64,000 nucleotides of DNA, taken from assembly GCF_018350175.1 (NCBI RefSeq), contig NC_058368.1, forward strand, positions 74,464,001-74,528,000. Direction: 5' to 3'. Under the pieces are notes generated by a model, which saw only the letters and a program-made list of their open reading frames with translations, was not told where the DNA came from and did no database searches. Shown piece by piece: positions 52,712 through 64,000 of the stretch (positions are counted from its first letter, which is position 1; every line of letters begins with the position of its first letter). The position numbers and the translations under genes are program-made. This stretch comes from Felis catus. Lineage: Eukaryota.

Positions 52712-55056
52712 CTTAATTGGATATCTCATTTTATCATTGGGCTCGTGAGTTCTTTATATACTCTGGGTGTGTAAGTTGCAAATATCTTACCCTAGTAAAC
52801 AGTTTACTCAGCCTCTTCAACTGTCTTTCAAAGGGCAGAAATTCTTAATTTTGATAAAGTCCAAAGTAAATAAAGCATACTGAATATGACGTAGGTACTT
52901 TTAAATATATTGAAACTAGTTTTCTATCTTACCACACATCTTATCTTCTTATATATACTTTATTAGCTGGAAAATGTGCAATCTGACTTGCTGCCTTGAC
53001 TGTCTCTATACGTGCCAATTAAGTTATATTAGTTGAGAGTATTTTCAGACTTTTCTGTGGTTAACGATTTGTTGTCTGCTTCACCTACCAGTTATTGTGA
53101 GGGAATGTTAAAACCTTTAAGAATAATTGGCAATTTTTCGACTTCTGCATTCAGTGTTCTCAGTTTTTACTTCATGTGTTTTAACAGCTTTATTATGATA
53201 TAATTCACGTATCATAAAATTCACCCATGTAAAGTGTAAATTGCTGTGTTTAGTACATTCACAGAGTTGTACAACTATTATCGCACTCTCATTTTGGTAC
53301 ATTTTCTTCACTGTGGAAGAGGCTTTACAAACATTAGCGGTCACTTCACTCCCCTTGCCCCGCTCCCCATGTCTGTAACCGATAATCTACTGTCTCCCTA
53401 GCTTTGCATGTTCTGACATTTTCTAAAAATGGGTCATACGGTACACGGTCTTTGAGATCGCCTTCTTTACCTCTGCAAGGTGTTCTCAAGGTTCATGCTT
53501 GCTGTCGCAAGCATCTGTGCTTCATTGCTTTTTGTTGTTGAATTATATTCTATGGTATGGATATGTCACATTTTGTTTATCCTCTTGCAAGTTAATAGAT
53601 ACCTGAGTTGTTTCCACTTTGGGATTATTTTGAATAATGCCACTGTGAGCATTCTTAATATACACTTTTGTGTGGGCATTTACTGTCACTGATAGATAAC
53701 GAGGGTAACTGCCTGCTACCATTGTTAACAATGTCTGTCGTTCTGAGAAACTTCTAGTTGCTTTGCAAAGTAGCTTCAACATTTTACATTCTCAACAGTA
53801 TTGTATAAGCTTTTAAATTTCTCCACGTCTTAGTCAACACCAGTTCTTGTCCACCTTAATTTTAGCCATCTTGCTGGATAGAGAGTGAAATCTCATTGAG
53901 GCTTTGATTTACATTTTTGTATTACCTAATGATGTCGAGCGTATTTTCATGCACCTAACAGCCATTTGGATATCATCTTTGGAGAAATGTCTATTCAAAT
54001 ATTTTACCCCTATTTAAATTGGGTTATTTATTGTTGTGTTGACGACGATGATGATGATGTTCTAAAAGTTTTTATAACTTTTTATATCTGACCAGGGACT
54101 TATATCCCTTATCAGATATATGATTTGAAAATATTTCTCTATGCTAAATGGATCGCTTCATGCTTTTGATGTTTACATTTATAATATAAAAGTTTTTAAT
54201 TTTGATGAAACCTTATTTATCAATATCATCTTCAGATGCTTGTGCTTTTGGCATAATACCTGAGAAAATATTGCCTAACCAAGGTCATGAATATTTATTC
54301 CAACGTTTTCTTCTAAGAGTTCTTGAGCTTCAGTTTATACATCTAGATTTTTAATCAGTTTTGAGTTAAATGTGTTTACTATGTAACACAGGGGTCAAAT
54401 TTCATTATTTATTTATTTATTTATTTGTTTTTGCGTGTGGATACCCAGTTGTCCAGTATCATTTTTTAAAAAGTGTATTCTTTCAATTGAATTTTCTTAT
54501 GTCCTTGTAAAAATCAATTGGCCATACACACAGTGCTTTATTACAGTACTTTCAATCCCATCACATTGATCTATATGCTTAACATACATCAGTAACACAT
54601 AGTTTTGATTACTGTAGTTATGTATTAAGTTTAAAATCAGAAAATAAAAGTTCTACAAATTTGTTCCTTTTCAAAATCATTTAACCATTTGGGTCACTTG
54701 TAGTTCTTTGTATTTTAAGATTAACTAGTCAGTTTCTGCAAAAGAACAAGCTGGAATTTTGAAAGGAGTTGTGTTTAATCCAAAGATGAATTTGGGGGAG
54801 GGTTGTCATCTTGACAATATTAAGTTTTCCTATCCATAAACAAGAAATATCTTTCCACATATAAAGATATTTAATATTTTTCAAGAATATTTTGTGGATT
54901 TCAGGGTAGAAGCCTTATACTTCTTTATTCAATTTGACCCTAGGTATTTTATTCTTTTTGATGTTGTAGTAAATGAAATGGTCTTCTTAATTTTATTTTG
55001 AAATACTTTACATGCAATGTACAGAAATACAATTGCTTTTTTGAAATGTTAATCTT

Positions 55057-55282
55057 GGGGCTCCTGGGTGCCTCAGTCGGTTCTCGGTCTGACTTCAGCT
55101 CAGGTCAGGATCTACTGGTTCGTGAGTTCGAGCCCTGCATCAGGCTCTGTGCTGACAGCTCAGAGCCTAGAGCCTGCTTCAGATTCTATGTCTCCTTGTG
55201 TCTCTTTTCCTTCTCTGCCTGTACTCTGTTTCTCTCTCAAAGATATATAAAGATTAAAAACAAATTAAAAAATAAATAAAAA
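55057..55282 (+). mobile_element. CanSINE
   Basis: TSD gaaatgttaatcttg. Confidence 0.95.
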
Positions 55283-55699
55283 TGAAATGTTAATCTTGAA
55301 TCTTGCAACCTCCCTGAACTTACTACTAAGATCTAATAGTTTCTTTGTTTTTGTTTTGTTTTGTTTTGTTTTTTTTAGTGGATTCCTTATGATTATCTTT
55401 ATGCAGGATTATGTCCTATGTAAATACAGGTAGTTTTACTTACCTTTCCCTCCAATCTGGATGATTTCTATTTTTCTTTCTTGCTCGATTTCCTTGGTTA
55501 GAACCTCCAGTACAATGTTGAATAAAAGTCTTGAGAGTGGATATTCTTGTCTTGCTCTTGATTTTAGCGGAAAAGCTTTAAGATTTTCACCATTAGGGAG
55601 TTGATCATTGATGCCTTTTATCAGGTTGAGGAAATTCCCTTTTATTCCTTTTTTTATGGAAGCCAAAAAATCCAAAGTATAAAGTCTTTGTTTGAGCCT

Positions 55700-58050
55700 T
55701 TCAAAAACATGATATCTTGCAATAAGAATTAACTATTTAAAGACATAAAAGAGTGTGTATATGTATTATGTAAAATATGCATATGTATAAACACACTATA
55801 TATAATATTTGTGTATATCATTTATATAGGAACAGTACCAAAAAAAGATCAATCTAATTTTTGGAGTTCATAAAACTAAAATCACTAAATTAGCATGCAT
55901 AATTTAGTGAATACAATAAGTGCCATGAAAATAAATCAAATTTATTGATTTATTTATTTTAATTTTTTTAATGTTTATCTATTTTTGAGAGAGAGAAAGA
56001 CAGAATACAAGTGGGGGCGGGGCAGAGAGAGAGGGAGACACAGAATCTGAAGCAGGCTCCAGGCTCTGAGCTGCCAGCACAGAGCCCAACACGGGGCTTG
56101 AACTCACAAATCATGAGATTATGACCTGAGCCAAAGTTGGACGCTTAACCAACTAAGCCACCCAGGTGCCCCTAAATCAAATTTAAATCTATTTGGAAAT
56201 AAGGCAGTACAATAGTTTGAATCTAAAATTCATACACAAATGCAAAAGGTCAAAACTGCCACAGAAATCCTGAAGGGAACACAAAGCTGTAATATGTACA
56301 TTTCCAGATATTAAAAAATTACTATAAATTTATAATTATTAAAGCAATGTTTATACACATTGTATAACACAATGTATACACAAGTATAAAAGTTATCTAT
56401 GTAAAATAGAGAGACCAGACTCAATTTATTCATATATAATATTTATAAATATTTGCCTGGATTCTATATAAGTTTAACACTTCAATACAGTGGGAATAAT
56501 AACATTTCAATACAGTGTCTTTTATATAAATGGTACTGAGTCAGTCAGATATACCTCAATCATACCAAAGATCACTTCCAGATGGCATGCAGATATTAAT
56601 GTAAAAGGTAAAGCCAAAAAGACAAAAATGTGAAACATCCTCCAATCTCAAAGTTGGCAAAGATTTCTTTAATAAAACTCAAAATCACTTACTGTAAAGG
56701 AAAATATGATGAACTGAATTATATTAAAATTCAAATTTTCTATTCATTTGAAATCACCAACAGGAGATTGAAAAAGCAACCCACAGTGAAAAAAAAACAT
56801 TTCCAATGCATTTATTCAACAAATCTACATGCCTAGAATATATAGTAAAATTCTACAAATCAATAAGGGCAGACAACCATATGGAAAATTATCAAAGACG
56901 TAAGCAGACATGTTGTACAAGATAGCCATATGATTAATAAATATGAAAATGGATTCTTGGTTTTTAAAACCACTTTACTAAAGTGTGATTGACATACAAA
57001 AAGCTGTACATATTTAATGTATACAAGTTGATGAGTTTGGAGCTAAGTGTACATCCATGAAACCATCACCACAGTCTATTTCACAAACATATCCATCAGC
57101 TTGTGGTGAAACATAAAATGGAATAATTCTTAGTCTTTAAAAAAAGAAGGGAAGCCTGCCATTTACAACAACATTGATGGACCTAGAGAACAGTATGCTA
57201 AGTGAAATAAGGCAGACACAGAAAGACAAATACTACGTCATGCTACTTGTCTGAAGAACTTAAATAGCCCAAACTCATAGAAGCAGAGGATAGACTGGCA
57301 GTTTTCAGGAGCCGGGGGGGGGGGGGGGAAACAGGGAGGTATTAGTCAAAATAAGCTATTATTCATCAGTGAAATGCAAACTATAACCAGAATACAATTA
57401 TGCCATGTACTATCAAATGGCTTTTAAAAAAGAAGCAACAATAAACAGAACCAAGAAAATAGAATCATACAAAATGTTAGCAAGACTGTGGACCAACTGA
57501 AAGTCTCTGGCACTGCTCTCAGAAATATTAATTGGTAAAAACCCCTGTGAACCACTTTGGAAAACTCTGGCAATGTCTGCTAAAGCTTCTGTCATGTTCT
57601 AGCAATTCCGCTCCTGGATACAGACCCACAGAAACGCATACGTCCGTGTACCAAAGACGCGTACTAGAACGTTCACAATGGCGATTCTTGTGACATTGAC
57701 AAGCTGCAAGCCCATCACCAGTGTAATGGTGTATTTATACCATGGCGCCATGGCCGTGCAATCCACAGCTTTCTGAACCAACGTGAATGAAGCCACAGAG
57801 AAAGGAACAAATATTGTATGACTTGATTTACCTACATACATTGATGTAAACCAAGCAAAACTACTGTCCACTGGTAAATGTCAGGGGGAGAGATAGTGAT
57901 TGGAAGAGAGCACCAAAGAAGCATCTGAATATCGGACCTATTCTTGTTCTTGATCTTCTGGAGATGGTTATACAGGTGAACTCACTTTGTGAGCATTCAT
58001 CAAGATACACAGATGTAATATGTACTATTTTCTGTATTTAATTGAATAAA
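55700..58050 (+). mobile_element. Old L1 3' part with nested L1 pieces
   Basis: accactttggaaaac.., atgctaagtgaaataag..cagaaagacaaatact, A-rich end. Confidence 0.7.
55946..56172 (-). mobile_element. CanSINE
   Basis: TSD taaatcaaattta. Confidence 0.95.
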
Positions 58051-58247
58051 AATTAATGAAAAAAAAAGAATACGGCCAGGAAAGTATTACTATGGGTAAT
58101 GCACAAGACAATAATCCTCACCCCTCCCCAACTGTATTTAATTGCTCAAAAGACTATTCATGCTGCTTTTTCCTAGCCTTTTTCTTGGAACATTCTGAGA
58201 CAGATATCACCATACCTCTCAGTAAGTCTTGTGGTCCCCTGACTTAC

Positions 58248-58600
58248 CCGATTTTGTGTTTTATTTTTTTTTTATTTTTTTTTCAACGTTTATTTATTTT
58301 TGGGACAGAGAGAGACAGAGCATGAACAAGGGAGGGGCAGAGAGAGAGAGGGAGACACAGAATCGGAAACAGGCTCCAGGCTCCGAGCCATCAGCCCAGA
58401 GCCTGACGCGGGGCTCGAACTCACGGACCGCGAGATAGTGACCTGGCTGAAGTCGGACGCTTAACCGACTGCGCCACCCAGGCGCCCCCCTGATTTTGTG
58501 TTTTAAAACAATGTAGTCCATTTGTCACTGGCTTGGGTTTGTTTCAAGGTCTTCATTTTGAGTGAGAAAGATAACTCTTCTTTTATGTAATACTAGGGTT
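58248..58600 (-). pseudogene. PI3K pseudogene: catalytic-loop exon split by a young SINE
   Basis: gcttag acceptor, G|gtaagt donor; EELSFSL...ASDK(fs)DYIVL(fs)TKSG resembles 'F..S.....GDRH.DNI++.K.G'. Confidence 0.55.
58263..58490 (-). mobile_element. Young SINEC_Fc inside a PI3K pseudo-exon
   Basis: TSD gattttgtgtttt. Confidence 0.97.
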
Positions 58601-58918
58601 CTAAGCATTAACCAAGATTTTAAATTTGGGGGGCAAGGGGTTTAATTCTCTTTATGTAGGAAACAGATTGCATCCATCACTCTTCCTGAACTTACCCTTT
58701 GGTTCTCAATTTTTAAAAGAAAAGATGAAAAAAAGTAGATAATATGATAAATGAAAATAAAGGGGGTAATAAAAGAGAACCTTCTACAAGTGTCACTCGA
58801 GATTACTTATCTGATTTATATCTCAGTGAAAGCATGGAAGGAATAGCAAACATGAAGATATTGTTGATTAAGATGAGGATTTGGATAGAATCACTTTAAG
58901 ACTAAAACAGAATTACCA

Positions 58919-59125
58919 GGGCGCTTGGGTGACTCAGCCGGCTAAGCGTCCAACTTTGGCTGAGGTCGTGATCTCACAGTTCGCAGTTCAAGCCCAGCAT
59001 CTGGCACTGTGGTGACAGCTCGGTACCTGGAGCCTGCTTCCGATTCTGTGTCTCCCTCTCTCTTGGCCCCTTCCCCACTCATGCTCTGTCTCTGTCTCTC
59101 TCAAAAATAAATAAAAACATTAAAA
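58919..59125 (+). mobile_element. CanSINE
   Basis: Head, body and tail recognisable. Confidence 0.93.
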
Positions 59126-59323
59126 AAATTTTTTTAACAGAACTACTGCTGAGAATTCTCAGACTGTGTTCCTGATCATATAATTCTCCAATAATGTCAG
59201 AGTCTCAGAGATTCCAGTCACTTCCAGTCGAAGCTGAATCTTGGTAATCAGACTCAAGACTAGGTGGGTCGCTCTGTGCGGGCCACGACTCTGAACAATG
59301 CACACAATCTTCCAAGTATATTC

Positions 59324-59539
59324 TTTTGTTTTTAAAGAGTTTTAAATATTATTTTTATTGATTTTGAGAGAGAGAGAAACAACATGAGTGGGGGAAGACC
59401 AGAGAGAGAGAGAATCCCAAGCAGGTTCCATGCTGTCAGCACAGAGCCTGACTCGGGGCTCAATCTCATGACCGAGAGATTATGATCTGAGTCAAAATCA
59501 AGAGTCTGACACTTAACCAACTGAGCCACCCAGGCGCCC
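59324..59539 (-). mobile_element. CanSINE
   Basis: TSD caagtatattcttt. Confidence 0.95.
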
Positions 59540-59544
59540 TGCTC

Positions 59545-59850
59545 ACAAGTATATTCTTTATAAACATGGTGTGAGGGCCTTCTGGATAAGTCTAACCAAA
59601 CCAACCTCTCTTCTTTTGATTTTGGAAAACAGACGTCTCAACCTAAAGGCGTAGTAGCATTTGGAGGTTAATAATCATTTATGTACTTGTCTTAAAGAAC
59701 CTGTTTATCTAAAACCCATTCTACATGCTAGCATTTCCTCAAATTACAGCTTTTGCATCCTTGGCAAGGAATTCAGCTCATTTGCTTTTGTAAAAAAAAA
59801 AAAAATATGATTGTTTAGAAATAGATGAATGATTTCTTGGCTTATGATAT
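59545..59850 (-). pseudogene. PI3K pseudogene: kinase region after the catalytic Lys
   Basis: IISQEIIHLF resembles 'DML.LQII.+'; TSVFQNQKKRGWFG resembles 'TIMQIQ.KGGLKG'. Confidence 0.58.
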
Positions 59851-59944
59851 TTGGTGAAATAATAGGAAAGAAAACAAATAAAACTATACATATATACACA
59901 CACACACATTTGTATTTGTCTATGTGTGTATATATTGACATATA

Positions 59945-60477
59945 GATGTCAAGACCAAATTAAATTGCTCATGCTGTCCACTATTTATTGCTTCCCCAAA
60001 ATGGCCTCATTCGGGAAAGATGAGGACAGTGAGGGGCCATTTTAGACCGTATGGAGCTGCATAATTTATCAGGGAGGCTGCCAGATTCAAGGAAAGTAAG
60101 TGATTGTGTTTCACAACCTGGAGAGTCCCTTTCCAGATAGGATCCCAGAATGATTATATGCATCTTCAGATGGTTCTGAGGGTTTTCACTGGATTGATAT
60201 AAAATGGCAGCACAGGACGATGATGACAATTTGTCTTCAAAGTCTTACATACTGTCGTGCTGCCTTTTTACTGCTGATTCAAGGAAAGCTTGTTTTGCCA
60301 GACTGTGAGCGGTTTCCACTTGGTTGAGTCAATAAGGACATTGCAATTTTTTTTTCCACGGTGATGTTTTTCATAATTTCCAAACTTCATTTCCCGAGGC
60401 AAGTTATTTCTTTGATGAGTTGATTTTCAAGTCAGGCATGAGCAAAAAAAAAATAAATAAATAAATAAATACTTATC
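59945..60477 (-). pseudogene. PI3K pseudogene: kinase N-lobe
   Basis: GSLPDKLCSSIRSKMAP resembles the P-loop 'G.L..E.C..M.SK..PL'; internal exon structure unclear. Confidence 0.58.
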
Positions 60478-60546
60478 CTGAGACACACCAAATGCTTTTC
60501 GACTTATTTCTTTCATGGGCTTTGCCATTTTATTTTTCTTACAAAC

Positions 60547-60820
60547 TGTCACGGATGGAATGGTATCTCCCCCAATTCAGCCCTAACCCCAACTACTTCA
60601 GAATGTGACTGTTTTTGAAGATGGGGGCTTTAAAGAGGTAATTCAGTTACAATGAGGCTGTTAGGCTGGGCTCTAATCCAATCTGACTGGTGTGCTTCTA
60701 AAAGAAGAAATTTGGACAGAGAGACATCCGGGATGCACATACACAGAGGAAAAACCATGTGAGGACACGGCAAGAAGGTGGACATCTAAAAGGCACGGAG
60801 AAAGGCCTCAGCAAAACAAA
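60547..60820 (+). mobile_element. MaLR LTR (MLT1B-like), 3' truncated
   Basis: cagaatgtgactgt..ctaatccaatctgactggtgt..ccatgtgaggacac. Confidence 0.8.
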
Positions 60821-61089
60821 CCCTCTTCCCCTCGCTCTCTCTCGCACTTGCTCTCTGTCTCTCAAACAGACCCACTTAAAAAGAAAAACTTTAAAGAGAA
60901 AGTTGAAAATGAATACTCACGGGCTAGCTCTGTTGATACAGAGCCTTTTGGATGTCGATGGGGAATACCTTCCCTCTTGTTTTGATGTCCCTGTCCCCCT
61001 GATCAGCAGCCTCCAAATCAGCAAGAGCCCCTCTTTGCCCAAATGCTCAGGCTGCACCTAGATTCTCAACGCTCCAGAAAGTCTCTCAC

Positions 61090-61340
61090 TGGAAATGACA
61101 GTTGCACTCCCTGATTTGAAGCCGTAAAATCATAGCTCTCAATGCTTCACTGTTTCTAACAGCCAATAAAGTTCTCGAAAGCCTTCTACCCGCTTCAGAT
61201 TAAACGCAGTATCTTGGGAAAGACTGATAGCTTGTTCAGTCTGCCATTATTATGGATTTTCTGTGGATGTCCATCATCTGATTGCAGTTTCTGACTAGTT
61301 GATGTTGTATGACTCTCTCAGTGAATGATTAAGGAAGAAA
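61090..61340 (-). pseudogene. PI3K pseudogene: helical domain end
   Basis: tttcactag acceptor; FFLNHSLRE...GFRELYWLL resembles 'FLL.RAL.....H.LYWLL'. Confidence 0.6.
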
Positions 61341-62337
61341 CTAGTGAAACAAACATTTGCGTTGGGTTTTATATTTTACAGAATGTTCTCTATTCAAGTT
61401 GTTTTATTTTATCCTCTATCAACTCCAGTGAGATAAGATCGTATTCACACAGGATCATAAACTCAGATTATTCCTTATTGTAGCATCCGATTTGTAATGA
61501 TCAACAATGATTTCATATACCACAGTATCTAGCAACCATTACTCTTCAAAGATATGGATCTCAAGGGGAATTTTTTACAACTCTATATTGTTCAAATTTT
61601 ATGGAATGGTTTTATTAAAACTTAAGGAAAAGATGCTGTCCTCCTGAGTATTATAGGAATTTTGAATGAATCGATGAAAGAATGAGTGAAAAAATACAGA
61701 GCTGTGTTTCTATGCCAGTCATTGTGGTCAGTGCTTTCTTGCTGATTTATGTCTTTGATGCTCCCAGGGTGGGAAGTTGCCTGGATGGACGCCAGGAAAA
61801 CATAACAGAAAGCAGAGGAAACCTCTCTCTAAGAGTCCTTCACATCTCTTTATGCTTCTGTCTGTTCCCCCAAATCTCTTATAAGAAGTAATAGAGAATA
61901 AAACACTTCTTCTCTCTTTAGGGCCAGAAAGAGAAAAATAGAAGATCAGTTGTACTTTTATCCAGACTCCCAGCTCTCAATTTTGCAGAAAAACAAAAAT
62001 GATGAAACAAACCTTCGAAAGCTTTATTCGCTGGCAACTAAACCTAAGTGATTCTCTTTATTTACTCAAACATGACATACTTGATTCAAGTGGATTTTAA
62101 TGAGAATCTCCTTTAATTTTGTTATTAGCATGATGCTTCTATTAATAGAATCGGACTTGGACATTATTATTTGCATATAATAAAGCGATTACACATGAAA
62201 AAGCAGACAAGTCCTGACTTTACTGGATGACTAATAGAAAAGTTATCAAGATCCAGAAATAAAGAAAAGCTTTAATGTAACTATTTCCTTATAGGTAGAT
62301 CTCCAGTTTTTCAGTTCTGGAAGCTCAAATATCTCAC

Positions 62338-62521
62338 CTTTTCCCCATGTCTTCATCCAACACTAACTTGTTTGCTATTTAAGGGAAATCGTCAACTTGA
62401 AGATATCATGGGTGTATCTTAGCTGTTTGGGTTCATGTTTAGTAAAGTGGCCTCTGTTACAAACCTTATTTACCTGCTAATGTTCAACGGAAATTTAGTA
62501 TTTGTTGGACTAAAATATCAT
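62338..62521 (-). pseudogene. PI3K pseudogene: helical domain exon
   Basis: ttttctag acceptor, AAG|gtgaga donor; DILVQQIL..IRFV..L..IFKLTISLK* resembles 'A++LL....VR.FAV..L....QLVQVLKYE'. Confidence 0.6.
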
Positions 62522-63067
62522 CTAGAAAATACTCTAGCTTTAACTTCCCAACTGTTTTTTTATATTTTTACTATTTTTTTTTATTTAAAAAAGTAAATGC
62601 AGTGATACGGTTGAGTAAACTCAGAGAGGAAAAAGAATTATTCTATTTTGAAAATAAAAAGAAGCAGTTTGCCTTAAAACACAATACCTTCAATGTATGA
62701 CCTTTTTAGTTCATTACTTATATCAGCGGCTATAGGATGTAATAGCTCCGAGGAAACTTAGAAGCAGTCACTCCTATCTTTTCATGTTAAATATAAAGCA
62801 GTGCTAATGTCCTTTTGTATATTTGGATGAAATTGTATTAAGTAAGTTTAGCAATCACAATGTAATGAAAACTTAGAATTAATATTTATACATTTTTAAG
62901 TGGATTTCCATATAGATGACATTTTCTTCCAGCATTTTTTATTGTTAGTAAAAGAACCAAAATATGTGCTACCTAATTCACTATAATAATGAAACATACA
63001 CATTGAGACACCTTTCAAACAACAAAATTTGCTTATGTTCTCAAGTTTTCATGCAGAAGCTCCCTAC

Positions 63068-63291
63068 CAACCTCCTCTCTCTGATGGAAAGATATCTGGA
63101 GCTCATTCATTAGCTCCTGGTCATTTGATAATGAAAATGCTCTTTTCTGGTGGAAGTAAAAAAATAAATAAATAAAAAGGCCATGGGTTAAAAAATTTCC
63201 TGAATTAAAATAAAGTAAATCTCCATATGGTTTTTCAAAGACACCAAAGATGCTCCTTTTCATATCTTGTCAGAGAATAATGCTTCTTCTT
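63068..63291 (-). pseudogene. PI3K pseudogene: helical (PIK) domain start
   Basis: HYSLTRYEKEHLWCL* matches PIK 'L..LT..EK..LW..R'; then KRAFSLSNDQELMNELQ; (TTTA)n expansion inside. Confidence 0.68.
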
Positions 63292-63785
63292 CTAACATGA
63301 AAATTATAAATATATTATTTACCCTATATATAGACGATATATTTAATACATAAGATGTAATGTAAGTCTTCATATATGTGTGCACACACACACACACACA
63401 CACACTCACATATGCTTTGGCCAATTACATTTTTACAGTTTAACATTTAATGAACCCAAATGTTAATTCCTTTTTCCCTTTTCTTTTCTTTGTATACATC
63501 CAAAAATGCTCATAAATTTTTCTTAAATAGTTTTCTTCTGAGCTCTTAGTTTTGATAGTCTTCTTTTTATTACAATTTAAATCCATGGAATATCCTATGT
63601 TAACAACACTAGGTTGTTATTGTTATTGAACACATTATTGTCCTAAGATATTTAAAATTCCACCAGACTATTTAATTTAAAAACGTACAAAGCTATACTC
63701 ACAAGAGCATTTGTTTGTTTGTTTGTTTCCGATTTCAAATAATTAAGAGCTAGTTTCTTGATGTTGAAATTATGTTGCATAATAC

Positions 63786-64000
63786 CGGTAAAGGTATTCA
63801 TGAAAAAAATTATCTTCATTACCGCTTGGAAAGAGTGTATATGAGAAATACAGGCACACTCTAAACATTAAAAAAGATCAGGTTGCCTTTGGTTGTATGG
63901 CACATTTTTGTTATCAACAGATATTACACAGAATAGACTTACCAATAGAATTGATTTCTAAGTTTATTCCTGTAATAGGTTCTGAGATAAAGAGCTTACA
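63786..64000 (-). pseudogene. PI3K pseudogene: C2-end exons (63943 to window end; 63786-63860)
   Basis: ATTG|gtaagt and aatgtttag|; EPITGINLEINSI / VCLYFSYTLFP resembles class I 'P.G.TG.NP..E...+.+.F....FP'. Confidence 0.5.

Larger units (their letters stand above)
51540..55640 (-). mobile_element. Old L1 fragments (L1MB/MC/ME-like)
   Basis: Antisense ORF2; RT remnant NFLNLIK..GENLKAFPLKS..PLS.LLFNIVLEVL (55436-55675). Confidence 0.8.
50696..64000 (-). pseudogene. Decayed multi-exon PI3-kinase catalytic-subunit-like gene (C2 end, helical PIK domain, kinase domain); 5' part outside window
   Basis: About 10 ordered exon remnants reproducing PI3K motifs; stops, frameshifts and SINE insertions in exons. 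Confidence 0.75.

Noticed and set aside
741..59604. Many 60-130 aa ORFs beginning MAQ(S/L)VK.. or containing FEPRVRL..
   Set aside because: Translations of CanSINE sequence, not genes
1..64000. tRNA genes, CRISPR arrays or prokaryotic systems
   Set aside because: A/B-box-like heads belong to SINEs; no spaced repeat arrays; the sequence is mammalian

Overview
Felid (cat-like) genomic DNA, judged from about 40 carnivore tRNA-derived CanSINEs (SINEC_Fc type) and a young L1_Fc-type LINE. I find no intact protein-coding gene; nearly all ORFs in the supplied track are repeat-derived or chance. By-eye translation of the non-repeat DNA across stops and frameshifts, anchored on surviving GT/AG splice sites, suggests three adjacent multi-exon decayed (unprocessed) pseudogenes. 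(1) A minus-strand secreted or membrane protein gene with two tandem ZP (zona pellucida) modules, about 32978 down to 8640. (2) A plus-strand DH-PH RhoGEF, about 37798 to 44530, possibly to about 50390. (3) A minus-strand divergent PI3-kinase catalytic-subunit gene, from beyond 64000 down to about 50700. Genes 1 and 2 are head-to-head around a CRE/X-box/E-box cluster; genes 2 and 3 are tail-to-tail. A decayed hAT (Tip100/Zaphod-like) transposon, old L1/L2/MIR fragments, MaLR/ERVL/ERV LTRs and microsatellites are also present. Domain calls come from remembered family motifs, not database searches, and need HMM/TBLASTN confirmation. Repeat boundaries are approximate.
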